Program-made: the position numbers and the translations under genes
The notes under the pieces: generated by a model
What the model saw: only the letters and a program-made list of their open reading frames with translations
Databases searched by the model: none
What the model was told of the DNA's origin: nothing
DNA from: Schmidtea nova
Taxonomy: Eukaryota
Direction: 5' to 3'
Length of the DNA: 64,000 bases
NCBI GenBank assembly: GCA_044892505.1
Contig: CM097883.1
Location: 283,030,001 to 283,094,000, forward strand
In this document: positions 36,401 through 48,878 of the stretch, piece after piece
Layout of the letters: each line of letters begins with the position of its first letter
Numbering within the stretch: the stretch's first letter is position 1

Positions 36401-37982
36401 GACCAGGAGATTCTCTTATTTCATTGATTTTAGTCAATAAGGCTTTAGCAGTAGATAAATAAGGAGCATTATTCTGTAAAGTTGTTGGGTTTAATAAATA
36501 ATGTTCATTATTGTTGTAGTCGATGACAAGCAGAATATGTTGAGCTTGTGGTGGAGCAATAATTGAAAAAACAACTTGTGCTTTAGTTAGAAGATCAATA
36601 TTTAAAAAATCATTCAAATATTGAGTGCAGTCATCTAATATTGCAGTGCAAATTGTATTATTTAAAAATATGAAATTTTCACACAAATTTAAATTATTAA
36701 AATAATTTGTTAAAATATTATTTGTTATTTTAAAATTTAAAAAGTTTAGATTTATTGCCACTTGACCAAGTATTTTTGAATGAATAATGCCAAGTTTTTC
36801 AATTACTCTGTCTCTATTGCAAATAGATCCTGAAATATACTGCTCCAAAAACAGTATGAAGGTCGTAGCATGTTCTATTGGATCATCAGAAAACATTGAA
36901 GTTCGAAAAAGAGTGTGACGATGTTGTTGAAATTTTATTGAATTATCAAAGATAAATTTATTTAAATAATCAGTTATATTTTCTCCAATTCCTAACAATC
37001 TTTCAGTTATATTCGTAGAACGAACGTCAAAAACATAACTACAGCCAAGACTAATAGAACAAAGAAAAAGACACCAATAATTATCATTTGGAATAATACT
37101 AATGATAATGCGAATATCCTTAAATTGTTTAAAAGTCACATTCTCTTTTATATAAATATTATTTTGATTAATCAAATTAATTGTTAGTTCAGGAGAAAAC
37201 ACAAGCACACTTGGATCATTTTGAAACCACTTATTTAAGAGTGTAGAAACACAAGCTTTCTCGTTGTTAAGTTTTATTGGTTTAGCAATGTTGTTATTTT
37301 GCTGAGTATTCTTTTTAAACGTCATTGCTTTTTTTAAATTAATTTTATTAAGGAAATGATTCTTTGGCAATCCATCACCCGATAATTTGACACTGTGATT
37401 TGATTGACCTTTTTTAAAATCGTGGATCTGTTCCCTAATATTCAATATAAAATTATCAGGTAAACATTCCCATTCACCACTAACAATCATTGCGTATGCA
37501 CAAATAAAAGGACCACAATCAAAATCATTATTTTGATATTTGAGATTTTTAATTGGATTGTCAGTTATTTGGTTGTGACGTTTAAATTTATTATTTAATA
37601 CCGAGTTTATTTTTAGGGCACTAATTTTGCTGTCTAATCTATTCCTATAATTAAAGATTGGATCAATAAAATAAGAAGTCAAAGAAGTCTTGCAATAAAC
37701 AAACAAGACCCAATGGCAATTGTTAATATTGAGAGGACACAATATGACTTGGGCTTCAAAAATTGTTTGAGGTATCGGAAAAATAACATCGGTCATATTT
37801 GAGCATAAAATACTTACAACAAAACATTTAATGAAAGCAAAACTAGGGTTCCTGATGTGACGTTCAAAGAAATAGTCAATGTCATCATCAGTGAACCAAC
37901 ATTTTAAATCATGAATGTCAAGAGTGCATTCTGCATCAGTCTCGTCAGACAATGCAGTACATGTAGAGGCTGATGCAGGCAC
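33420..37982 (-). CDS. Lineage-A ORF2: Ulp1-like protease + two degenerate repeats, reverse transcriptase, CCHC knuckle, restriction-like endonuclease; interrupted by in-frame TAA at 33978-33980
   Basis: NCHW/IDP/QNNDFDCG; WRPIALL, LDIKDAFGSV, QGVKQGCPLS, YADD, YLGV; CRRCHSAEETLPHVLQMC; ERVDL..DIKCP. No AUG at start (GTG). Confidence 0.9.
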
Positions 37983-37991
37983 ATCCCATCA
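37924..37991 (-). promoter_or_regulatory. Putative UGA readthrough signal, lineage A copy 2
   Basis: TGA 37989-37991; 59-nt hairpin 37924-37982. Confidence 0.65.
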
Positions 37992-40310
37992 TTTGGTGAT
38001 CGCCTTTGATAATTTAACGTCTTTTCTAGTAGTCATCTTTCTACTGTCTGTATTTTTAATTGGCACACAAGATGTATTCTCCGCATCAATATCAGTTTCT
38101 AAAAGAGTCGGTTTAATGATACCTGTATTATTTGAATCTACGACATTGGAGCTAACGCTAACATCTTTACAAGTGTCTTTAGAAATTTCAATAACATCAA
38201 CAGATTCACTACTAGTCAGAAGATTTTCAAGAGAGTCAACAAGATCAAAGATAACCGAAGTCATTTCAGTATTACAAATTTTACGACATTTAATTGGAAC
38301 CTGAAAATCATCTATGTTCTTGTTCAAAAATCTTTTCTTGTCTCTTATTATAAAATATATCAGTCGTTTAGCCTTGATAATGTTAATGTCATCACACTCA
38401 GAACGGAATTCATTAATATGTGAAAAGACAGAGTCTATTGCATTCAGTTGATCAATTTTTAGGGGAAACAAGTTATTAATTAAATTTAAAAATTTATTAA
38501 TTTTTTTAATTGTATCTTTTGAAATTATATTTTTTAATTTATCAATCTCGCAGGTCAGCATCCATCGTTTGAATTTTATTAATTTTTCCTGACAACTAAT
38601 TCTAAAGTATGAAGTCGAAGGTATTTTTTCAACAAATTCAGAGCCCCATATTTCAAAAGAGTCAATAGTCAAGGAACCACATTTAACACAGTCTATAACC
38701 GAATGAATAAGTAAGGAATTACGGAAATAATTGAAAACATAATCATCGTAATTAATATTGCTTGAAAATTTAATATCACCCTTTAAGTTTAGATAATTAA
38801 TATAGTAGATTAATTCCACAATCTTAATGGAAGAAGCAGGTGATGATAAAAGTTGATCTAAATGCTTATCAGTTCTAGACATTTCAAACAAATCAAATAA
38901 CCCAATATTAAACATAATATCAGAGGCATGGCTAGAGTCAGCTTCTTTTATTGTAGGTTTACAATCAACAGTAAATTTACCATCTAAAAAAGAAATGTCC
39001 TTTGGAAAATCCTTATTTAATTTTAAACAATTAATTAAATCAATTAATTTTTCAGGATTCTTTGAAATATTTTCAATAAAAACCATTTCTTTTAGTTCAG
39101 GGTAATCAAGATAGAGTTTATTTATTTGTGATCTTGAAAGATTATTTGAAGTTAATTCAACACCGGCATTATGACAATTATCAGAAGTGGAAAAGTCTCT
39201 CATTATAAAGTCACCGTCAATATACCTTATTTCTGATTTAACAAGAAAGTCTGGCAATTGTTTTTGTAATTTTAATAAATCTAAGGCTTTATTAATAACG
39301 CTTCCCTTTTGGATTTCATTTTTATTAGAGACGGTTTCTGCCAATTTGCTTGAGAGAGCAAATAAAAATTTCCTTATCGCTAAAGGTGCAGAAATCATTT
39401 TAGATGAAAGATTAATTGAATTTATAATATCGCAAATAAATGTTTTCTTACTACTTACAGAAATTGAATTTTGAGATATTTCAGTTTTAGTTTCAACTAC
39501 TTTATGTTTTTGATTTTTAATAAGTTTAATTGAAACGCAGAAATTGCAATTTCGATAAAAGAAATGATCAACATCCTTAATACTCATGTTAAATTTTGAA
39601 TTATTAATAAGTGAGATTTCCTTGTCAATAAGATCAAATTTTAAAGTAGAATTTTTCATTTTAATTAAATCTTTAAGGCGTGGAAAATTATTCAATAATG
39701 TACGGCGCTCATTTTTTGTTAAAAGTCTAGGTAAGAAATTAAATTGAAAGTTATCAACTTTAACATTACGGGTACCCTTATTAACTGTGACTTTAAGAGA
39801 TTTAACAGGTTTATTGAGAGGAGTCTGAAAATCATGGCTAATAACAGGGGCATCAGGAACATTAACAACTGCTTCAACAAAAGAATTATCAGAATTGATA
39901 CATAAATCATTTCTTGAAATAGGAACAAAAAGATTGTTATTTTTAGAAAAATCATTAATTGATAAATTATTACCAGAATCATAATTATTTAAAGAAACAT
40001 TAGAAACTTTAGTATTATCAAAACCATTAATGAAATCAGAGAAAATATTCAAATTACTCAAAATCAAATCAATTTTACCTTGAATTGAAATAAAATTCTT
40101 TTCCATCTGATCCAATCTCTTTGAAAGTCCTTCGTCAGAAGCAGGTTTTGAAAATTCAGTTGCAGTAATTGACTCCAAAATCGATTGATTTGAAATAATT
40201 TGATTTTTCAGAATATCAATTAATCCACGTTTTTGAAAATCTTGATTAATAATTACATGATTGCGCAATAGATCCTCATTAATTGGTTGCGTAATTTCAG
40301 TGTGCTTCAT
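37989..40310 (-). CDS. Lineage-A ORF1, copy 2 (773 aa)
   Basis: Open frame, translation appears identical to copy 1. Confidence 0.85.
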   Translation of the reverse strand: MKHTEITQPINEDLLRNHVIINQDFQKRGLIDILKNQIISNQSILESITATEFSKPASDEGLSKRLDQMEKNFISIQGKIDLILSNLNIFSDFINGFDNTKVSNVSLNNYDSGNNLSINDFSKNNNLFVPISRNDLCINSDNSFVEAVVNVPDAPVISHDFQTPLNKPVKSLKVTVNKGTRNVKVDNFQFNFLPRLLTKNERRTLLNNFPRLKDLIKMKNSTLKFDLIDKEISLINNSKFNMSIKDVDHFFYRNCNFCVSIKLIKNQKHKVVETKTEISQNSISVSSKKTFICDIINSINLSSKMISAPLAIRKFLFALSSKLAETVSNKNEIQKGSVINKALDLLKLQKQLPDFLVKSEIRYIDGDFIMRDFSTSDNCHNAGVELTSNNLSRSQINKLYLDYPELKEMVFIENISKNPEKLIDLINCLKLNKDFPKDISFLDGKFTVDCKPTIKEADSSHASDIMFNIGLFDLFEMSRTDKHLDQLLSSPASSIKIVELIYYINYLNLKGDIKFSSNINYDDYVFNYFRNSLLIHSVIDCVKCGSLTIDSFEIWGSEFVEKIPSTSYFRISCQEKLIKFKRWMLTCEIDKLKNIISKDTIKKINKFLNLINNLFPLKIDQLNAIDSVFSHINEFRSECDDINIIKAKRLIYFIIRDKKRFLNKNIDDFQVPIKCRKICNTEMTSVIFDLVDSLENLLTSSESVDVIEISKDTCKDVSVSSNVVDSNNTGIIKPTLLETDIDAENTSCVPIKNTDSRKMTTRKDVKLSKAITK

Positions 40311-40385
40311 TGGGTTTTGAAATGAATTGGTTTGTAAAACTAAAAATAGCAAAATTGAAAATTGTTGAAAAAATCCAAAAAATTA

Positions 40386-40458
40386 TGCCCCGAGTGAGGA
40401 TCGAACTCACGACCTTCAGATTATGAGACTGACGCGCTACCTACTGCGCTATCGAGGC
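40386..40458 (-). tRNA. tRNA-Met: tRNA-Met (CAT)
   Basis: Consensus array copy. Confidence 0.97.
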
Positions 40459-40628
40459 GTTAAGTAGAGTTACACTTTTCTTTTCGTATTCAATATATCT
40501 TATTCAAGTCAAAATCATGATGATGATTTATTGTCGAAATGATCTAGAAAAGTTGGGTTTTGAAATGAATTGGTTTGTAAAACTAAAAATAGCAAAATTG
40601 AAAATTGTTGAAAAAATCCAAAAAATTA

Positions 40629-40701
40629 TGCCCCGAGTGAGGATCGAACTCACGACCTTCAGATTATGAGACTGACGCGCTACCTACTGCGCTATCGAGG
40701 C
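40629..40701 (-). tRNA. tRNA-Met: tRNA-Met (CAT)
   Basis: Consensus array copy. Confidence 0.97.
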
Positions 40702-40871
40702 GTTAAGTAGAGTTACACTTTTCTTTTCGTATTCAATATATCTTATTCAAGTCAAAATCATGATGATAATTTATTGTCGAAATGATCTAGAAAAGTTGGG
40801 TTTTGAAATGAATTGGTTTGTAAAACTAAAAATAGCAAAATTGAAAATTGTTGAAAAAATCCAAAAAATTA

Positions 40872-40944
40872 TCCCCCGAGTGAGGATCGAACTCACGACC
40901 TTCAGATTATGAGACTGACGCGCTACCTATTGCGCTATCGAGGC
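40872..40944 (-). tRNA. tRNA-Met: tRNA-Met (CAT), C72G + G15A variant (probably defective)
   Basis: G1:G72 mismatch and altered D-loop. Confidence 0.8.
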
Positions 40945-41114
40945 GTTAAGTAGAGTTACACTTTTCTTTTCGTATTCAATATATCTTATTCAAGTCAAAA
41001 TCATGATGATGATTTATTGTCGAAATGATCTAGAAAAGTTGAGTTTTGAAATGAATTGGTTTGTAAAACTAAAAATAGCAAAATTGAAAATTGTTGAAAA
41101 AATCCAAAAACTTA

Positions 41115-41187
41115 TGCCCCGAGTGAGGATCGAACTCACGACCTTCAGATTATGAGACTGACGCGCTACCTACTGCGCTATCGAGGC
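41115..41187 (-). tRNA. tRNA-Met: tRNA-Met (CAT)
   Basis: Consensus array copy. Confidence 0.97.
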
Positions 41188-41357
41188 GTTAAGTAGAGTT
41201 ACACTTTTCTTTTCGTATTCAATATATCTTATTCAAGTCAAAATCATGATGATGATTTATTGTCGAAATGATCTAGAAAAGTTGAGTTTTGAAATGAATT
41301 GGTTTGTAAAACTAAAAATAGCAAAATTGAAAATTGTTGAAAAAATCCAAAAACTTA

Positions 41358-41414
41358 TGCCCCGAGTGAGGATCGAACTCACGACCTTCAGATTATGAGA
41401 CTGACGCGCTACCT
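41358..41414 (-). pseudogene. tRNA-Met: tRNA-Met nt 17-73, interrupted by lineage-A copy 3
   Basis: Same junction as other A copies. Confidence 0.93.
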
Positions 41415-41912
41415 TTTAAAATTTTATTAATACAACAAGTTTTTTAATCTTTCTTTTTGAGAGGGCTCAGCTTGGAACCCGCCGTTCATTGAGTTTCTGC
41501 TCTAGAGAGACAAATTTCTTGTTTTTCGTAATTGAATTGTTGGAAGAAATATTGTCGTAACAGGCATCAATCTTTGAATGCTCTCTGGCTTCTCTGATGT
41601 TCTTCGGATAACAGTCCGGCTTTGCGCTTTCAGGTTTTTCAGGCTTATCTCTTGAAATTGGCAGATTTATTTAGATTGAATAATTTTAAGTATGTCATTT
41701 TGGTTTGTAGTTCCATAGACTTTATATTCTTCATCAATCAGTTTTCGGTAATTCATTTCTCTGGAATAAAACAAAGTATTTCCTGACCAGGTTGACAGGT
41801 GTAGAATATATTTAATTATCAAAGTAATAATGATAAGATCATAAGCAAATAAACATTTATCTAATCTAAAAACAACAATGATAACGAAAATATCTACAGT
41901 TTCTTTAAATAA

Positions 41913-44900
41913 TTAAACACTCGGAAGAATTCCTGTTGCATGAAAGTGCCATGTCTTTGCAGAATGTGAGATATTACTCAAAGCACATGCTTTCAAAAGA
42001 CCATCTATTTTTCCGACAGGAACTCCCATTTTAGTAAGCAAATCATACGTGGCAGGTGGAACAGATCCTATTGAACTGATAATACAAGTGTATAGTTCTA
42101 CAGAAAAATTTGGTTTCGCCACTTGTATTTTCTTTTTCAAGCTTTCGTACTTGGTCAAATTATCTTTATCTACATTTTCAAAATTAACCAAAGAGTCAAA
42201 AGGACATTTTATATCAACCATAAGAATGATCTTTTTATCATTGTTTGTTATTATTAAATCAACTCGTTCATTAGAATCAGATACATAAGAACAAGTGTGA
42301 TCTACAACTACAATCAGTGAAGGATCTTTCAAATGATTTACAATCTGTTGAAGGCATTCATTGTGTCGCCTAAGTGCTAAGGTTTGATGAACTTTACACA
42401 TTTGCAGAACATGAGGTAAAGTTTCCTCTGCGCTATGACAACGTCTACATAACCTATCCTCAAGCTTCCTTTAAGACTTTGAAAAATTGGCCAACGTGTT
42501 TGTTCGAGCACGATGAATGAATCTCCAGGAACTTTCACGCAATTCCCCTCTAAATATTGCTTTATTAATTTTAGGCGATAAACTAAATGTTATAGAGCCA
42601 CTAGTATTACTATTTTTCCATTTAGTAAAGTAAGAGTCAGAAAGAGCAAGGTGAAAGATTTTAGATATTGAGCGTCTGTCTAAGCAGGTTAATATGATTG
42701 TTCCTTTTTCAATTGTTGTCAGACGAATAATAGGCTCATTCTTCAATACTTCAAACGATATTGAAATGTTGTGCATTTTTTCAAAAAATTGAATGGCTGT
42801 TCTTGGCCGATAGAATCTTGTTTTCTTACCATAATGTAGTCTAACATTATCAGCTCCATTAAGCCAGTTAAAGCTATCCTGGAGTGATGGGTTATTCTTT
42901 CCAAGTCGAGGTCCAGTTACGTATTTTAAGGAATCCAAATTAATCTTTTTGGTAAAAGGACAGTTTGATGTAAAAAGGCGGAAGAAATGACTTAATGTTT
43001 GTGTATGATATTCATCGAGAAGATCAGTACAAGATGCTCCTCCATTTTCAATTGAGTTATAAAAATAACTGATTTCAGAATGACCAGACAAACTCATCAT
43101 CTTTCTCAAATGACTACGAAGTTTTGTTGTACTGTTTCCAACATTAGCTGAAAGAGCACTAATTTTAATTTCTCTTGTTCTAAAAGGAAATATTAGACGC
43201 GAGTGTAGAAAAACCTTGTAAGCTTTCAGCTTTTGCCAACCATACAAGTCTGAGTCGGCAAGCTTTTTTGCATCACTGACTACCTTATCAAGTATTTCAT
43301 AAGGACTTTGGTCAGCATCTTCACCTACTGGTACTCCAAGATATTGATAAAATTCTTTAGTTAATAATTTCTTGATGTTTATTTTATCAATAGTAATTTC
43401 ACTCACCGTGTCCACACTCGGCAGTTGAATGTAGGCACATTTTTCAGGTCGATATTCAAAGCCTATTTCAGATGCAGTGTCGTACGCAATATTTATAATC
43501 GTTTGCAAGTCCTTAGCATTATTAGCAATAAGAGCAATATCGTCAGCATATGCAAGAACTTGAATTGAAGATTCACCAATTTTAAAAGGACTGACATTTG
43601 AAAGACTAACCGCTTGAAGAACAGGATTGATTGCTATAGCAAACAAGACCATTGAAAGAGGACATCCTTGTTTGACTCCTTGTTTTATTGCAATGTTTGG
43701 TGTTACAATCGGACCACAAGTATAGAAAGAGCTAGTATCAGTGTACAAAAGTTTTAAAATCCTAGTAAATTTCTCACTCATTCCAATATGACGCAAAATT
43801 GCCCACATGTAATCATGAGGTACACTACCAAAGGCGTCCTTAATATCAAGAAATGCAATAGTTAAAGGTTTATTTTTACTGTATTTCGAATGTTCAAGAC
43901 AAGATGAAAGTATGGAATTGTGTTCAACACATCCATCATGAACAGAACCTCCTTTTTGTCCAACATGAAGAACATTATTTAGATTTACCCACACTGTCAA
44001 ACGTCTAGCTAAAATTGATGAGAATATTTTGTAGACAACAGATAAAAGAGCAATCGGACGCCAAGAAGAGATTAAAGTATATTTGTCACCCTTGTCAGGT
44101 TTAGGAATCATTAACGTTTTGAAGGATTTCCAAACGTCTGGAATTGTATTTTCCCTAATGATTTTATTAAATAAAAAGGTCAACAATTTACCCTCTGGAT
44201 CAAGAATTTCAATGTCCTTATATTCAATTCCATCAAGCCCAGGAGAAGTATTATCAGCGTTTTTCAACTCATAGAGTACCTCCTTTTCATTGATCAAATT
44301 CAAATTTAGAATATTTAAAGATTTAATTGCAAATTTAAAAATATTGTCATAATTCTTTAAAGTTGGATCTCTATGACTAAAATTATCTATGTGATCTTTA
44401 ATTGTTGGCCTATCCTTTATGTCGTCATTCATAAATATTTTATTTATTGTCTTTTTCATATTTTTATTAAAAGATGACGTCAAATTAATTTTAGATGGCT
44501 TATCGTTATTTGTTTTGTTTCCCAAGTATGGCCTACGTAATTTAGTTAAATTGGCTACTTCTTTACTTTTTGCAATAGTACTAATAATAAATTCCGCTAT
44601 TTCGTTAACATTTGAATTTTGTAGATTTAACAAATGCTCATTTATTAAAATTATACGTTGATTTATTTTAAGTTTAACATGTTGTTTTTCAATTTGTAAA
44701 GTCGTTAATGGAATTTCCATACATTCTTTTACAGGTGGTAAGAGAGAATTCACAACATTACCAATGTCATGTAAATTAATGTTTTCAAGAGACAAGTCTA
44801 GAGCGTAGTGCTTGATGAAAGCACAGATGAGAACCCTGCTTACAAGACCAGAACCTCGAACATCATGTGGACAATTACCAGCTTTACTACAAAGACCAGG

Positions 44901-46475
44901 AGATTCTCTTATTTCATTGATTTTAGTCAATAAGGCTTTAGCAGTAGATAAATAAGGAGCATTATTCTGTAAAGTTGTTGGGTTTAATAAATAATGTTCA
45001 TTATTGTTGTAGTCGATGACAAGCAGAATATGTTGAGCTTGTGGTGGAGCAATAATTGAAAAAACAACTTGTGCTTTAGTTAGAAGATCAATATTTAAAA
45101 AATCATTCAAATATTGAGTGCAGTCATCTAATATTGCAGTGCAAATTGTATTATTTAAAAATATGAAATTTTCACACAAATTTAAATTATTAAAATAATT
45201 TGTTAAAATATTATTTGTTATTTTAAAATTTAAAAAGTTTAGATTTATTGCCACTTGACCAAGTATTTTTGAATGAATAATGCCAAGTTTTTCAATTACT
45301 CTGTCTCTATTGCAAATAGATCCTGAAATATACTGCTCCAAAAACAGTATGAAGGTCGTAGCATGTTCTATTGGATCATCAGAAAACATTGAAGTTCGAA
45401 AAAGAGTGTGACGATGTTGTTGAAATTTTATTGAATTATCAAAGATAAATTTATTTAAATAATCAGTTATATTTTCTCCAATTCCTAACAATCTTTCAGT
45501 TATATTCGTAGAACGAACGTCAAAAACATAACTACAGCCAAGACTAATAGAACAAAGAAAAAGACACCAATAATTATCATTTGGAATAATACTAATGATA
45601 ATGCGAATATCCTTAAATTGTTTAAAAGTCACATTCTCTTTTATATAAATATTATTTTGATTAATCAAATTAATTGTTAGTTCAGGAGAAAACACAAGCA
45701 CACTTGGATCATTTTGAAACCACTTATTTAAGAGTGTAGAAACACAAGCTTTCTCGTTGTTAAGTTTTATTGGTTTAGCAATGTTGTTATTTTGCTGAGT
45801 ATTCTTTTTAAACGTCATTGCTTTTTTTAAATTAATTTTATTAAGGAAATGATTCTTTGGCAATCCATCACCCGATAATTTGACACTGTGATTTGATTGA
45901 CCTTTTTTAAAATCGTGGATCTGTTCCCTAATATTCAATATAAAATTATCAGGTAAACATTCCCATTCACCACTAACAATCATTGCGTATGCACAAATAA
46001 AAGGACCACAATCAAAATCATTATTTTGATATTTGAGATTTTTAATTGGATTGTCAGTTATTTGGTTGTGACGTTTAAATTTATTATTTAATACCGAGTT
46101 TATTTTTAGGGCACTAATTTTGCTGTCTAATCTATTCCTATAATTAAAGATTGGATCAATAAAATAAGAAGTCAAAGAAGTCTTGCAATAAACAAACAAG
46201 ACCCAATGGCAATTGTTAATATTGAGAGGACACAATATGACTTGGGCTTCAAAAATTGTTTGAGGTATCGGAAAAATAACATCGGTCATATTTGAGCATA
46301 AAATACTTACAACAAAACATTTAATGAAAGCAAAACTAGGGTTCCTGATGTGACGTTCAAAGAAATAGTCAATGTCATCATCAGTGAACCAACATTTTAA
46401 ATCATGAATGTCAAGAGTGCATTCTGCATCAGTCTCGTCAGACAATGCAGTACATGTAGAGGCTGATGCAGGCAC
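41913..46475 (-). CDS. Lineage-A ORF2, copy 3 (in-frame TAA at 42471-42473)
   Basis: As copy 2. Confidence 0.9.
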
Positions 46476-46484
46476 ATCCCATCA
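46417..46484 (-). promoter_or_regulatory. Putative UGA readthrough signal, lineage A copy 3
   Basis: As copy 2. Confidence 0.65.
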
Positions 46485-48803
46485 TTTGGTGATCGCCTTT
46501 GATAATTTAACGTCTTTTCTAGTAGTCATCTTTCTACTGTCTGTATTTTTAATTGGCACACAAGATGTATTCTCCGCATCAATATCAGTTTCTAAAAGAG
46601 TCGGTTTAATGATACCTGTATTATTTGAATCTACGACATTGGAGCTAACGCTAACATCTTTACAAGTGTCTTTAGAAATTTCAATAACATCAACAGATTC
46701 ACTACTAGTCAGAAGATTTTCAAGAGAGTCAACAAGATCAAAGATAACCGAAGTCATTTCAGTATTACAAATTTTACGACATTTAATTGGAACCTGAAAA
46801 TCATCTATGTTCTTGTTCAAAAATCTTTTCTTGTCTCTTATTATAAAATATATCAGTCGTTTAGCCTTGATAATGTTAATGTCATCACACTCAGAACGGA
46901 ATTCATTAATATGTGAAAAGACAGAGTCTATTGCATTCAGTTGATCAATTTTTAGGGGAAACAAGTTATTAATTAAATTTAAAAATTTATTAATTTTTTT
47001 AATTGTATCTTTTGAAATTATATTTTTTAATTTATCAATCTCGCAGGTCAGCATCCATCGTTTGAATTTTATTAATTTTTCCTGACAACTAATTCTAAAG
47101 TATGAAGTCGAAGGTATTTTTTCAACAAATTCAGAGCCCCATATTTCAAAAGAGTCAATAGTCAAGGAACCACATTTAACACAGTCTATAACCGAATGAA
47201 TAAGTAAGGAATTACGGAAATAATTGAAAACATAATCATCGTAATTAATATTGCTTGAAAATTTAATATCACCCTTTAAGTTTAGATAATTAATATAGTA
47301 GATTAATTCCACAATCTTAATGGAAGAAGCAGGTGATGATAAAAGTTGATCTAAATGCTTATCAGTTCTAGACATTTCAAACAAATCAAATAACCCAATA
47401 TTAAACATAATATCAGAGGCATGGCTAGAGTCAGCTTCTTTTATTGTAGGTTTACAATCAACAGTAAATTTACCATCTAAAAAAGAAATGTCCTTTGGAA
47501 AATCCTTATTTAATTTTAAACAATTAATTAAATCAATTAATTTTTCAGGATTCTTTGAAATATTTTCAATAAAAACCATTTCTTTTAGTTCAGGGTAATC
47601 AAGATAGAGTTTATTTATTTGTGATCTTGAAAGATTATTTGAAGTTAATTCAACACCGGCATTATGACAATTATCAGAAGTGGAAAAGTCTCTCATTATA
47701 AAGTCACCGTCAATATACCTTATTTCTGATTTAACAAGAAAGTCTGGCAATTGTTTTTGTAATTTTAATAAATCTAAGGCTTTATTAATAACGCTTCCCT
47801 TTTGGATTTCATTTTTATTAGAGACGGTTTCTGCCAATTTGCTTGAGAGAGCAAATAAAAATTTCCTTATCGCTAAAGGTGCAGAAATCATTTTAGATGA
47901 AAGATTAATTGAATTTATAATATCGCAAATAAATGTTTTCTTACTACTTACAGAAATTGAATTTTGAGATATTTCAGTTTTAGTTTCAACTACTTTATGT
48001 TTTTGATTTTTAATAAGTTTAATTGAAACGCAGAAATTGCAATTTCGATAAAAGAAATGATCAACATCCTTAATACTCATGTTAAATTTTGAATTATTAA
48101 TAAGTGAGATTTCCTTGTCAATAAGATCAAATTTTAAAGTAGAATTTTTCATTTTAATTAAATCTTTAAGGCGTGGAAAATTATTCAATAATGTACGGCG
48201 CTCATTTTTTGTTAAAAGTCTAGGTAAGAAATTAAATTGAAAGTTATCAACTTTAACATTACGGGTACCCTTATTAACTGTGACTTTAAGAGATTTAACA
48301 GGTTTATTGAGAGGAGTCTGAAAATCATGGCTAATAACAGGGGCATCAGGAACATTAACAACTGCTTCAACAAAAGAATTATCAGAATTGATACATAAAT
48401 CATTTCTTGAAATAGGAACAAAAAGATTGTTATTTTTAGAAAAATCATTAATTGATAAATTATTACCAGAATCATAATTATTTAAAGAAACATTAGAAAC
48501 TTTAGTATTATCAAAACCATTAATGAAATCAGAGAAAATATTCAAATTACTCAAAATCAAATCAATTTTACCTTGAATTGAAATAAAATTCTTTTCCATC
48601 TGATCCAATCTCTTTGAAAGTCCTTCGTCAGAAGCAGGTTTTGAAAATTCAGTTGCAGTAATTGACTCCAAAATCGATTGATTTGAAATAATTTGATTTT
48701 TCAGAATATCAATTAATCCACGTTTTTGAAAATCTTGATTAATAATTACATGATTGCGCAATAGATCCTCATTAATTGGTTGCGTAATTTCAGTGTGCTT
48801 CAT
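46482..48803 (-). CDS. Lineage-A ORF1, copy 3 (773 aa)
   Basis: As copy 2. Confidence 0.85.
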   Translation of the reverse strand: MKHTEITQPINEDLLRNHVIINQDFQKRGLIDILKNQIISNQSILESITATEFSKPASDEGLSKRLDQMEKNFISIQGKIDLILSNLNIFSDFINGFDNTKVSNVSLNNYDSGNNLSINDFSKNNNLFVPISRNDLCINSDNSFVEAVVNVPDAPVISHDFQTPLNKPVKSLKVTVNKGTRNVKVDNFQFNFLPRLLTKNERRTLLNNFPRLKDLIKMKNSTLKFDLIDKEISLINNSKFNMSIKDVDHFFYRNCNFCVSIKLIKNQKHKVVETKTEISQNSISVSSKKTFICDIINSINLSSKMISAPLAIRKFLFALSSKLAETVSNKNEIQKGSVINKALDLLKLQKQLPDFLVKSEIRYIDGDFIMRDFSTSDNCHNAGVELTSNNLSRSQINKLYLDYPELKEMVFIENISKNPEKLIDLINCLKLNKDFPKDISFLDGKFTVDCKPTIKEADSSHASDIMFNIGLFDLFEMSRTDKHLDQLLSSPASSIKIVELIYYINYLNLKGDIKFSSNINYDDYVFNYFRNSLLIHSVIDCVKCGSLTIDSFEIWGSEFVEKIPSTSYFRISCQEKLIKFKRWMLTCEIDKLKNIISKDTIKKINKFLNLINNLFPLKIDQLNAIDSVFSHINEFRSECDDINIIKAKRLIYFIIRDKKRFLNKNIDDFQVPIKCRKICNTEMTSVIFDLVDSLENLLTSSESVDVIEISKDTCKDVSVSSNVVDSNNTGIIKPTLLETDIDAENTSCVPIKNTDSRKMTTRKDVKLSKAITK

Positions 48804-48878
48804 TGGGTTTTGAAATGAATTGGTTTGTAAAACTAAAAATAGCAAAATTGAAAATTGTTGAAAAAATCCAAAAAATTA

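Larger units (their letters stand above)
32922..40309 (-). mobile_element. Lineage-A non-LTR retrotransposon copy 2 (~7.39 kb)
   Basis: ORF1, ORF2 (Ulp1-like x3, RT YADD, CCHC, RLE), ~500-bp 3' UTR; flanked by tRNA-array sequence on both sides. Confidence 0.97.
41415..48802 (-). mobile_element. Lineage-A non-LTR retrotransposon copy 3
   Basis: Near-identical to copy 2 (offset 8493). Confidence 0.97.

Noticed and set aside
37989-37991. UGA as selenocysteine or read by a suppressor tRNA from the array
   Set aside because: No SECIS-like element identified, the residue position is not a plausible catalytic site, and no array tRNA has a TCA anticodon (only CAT and CAA).
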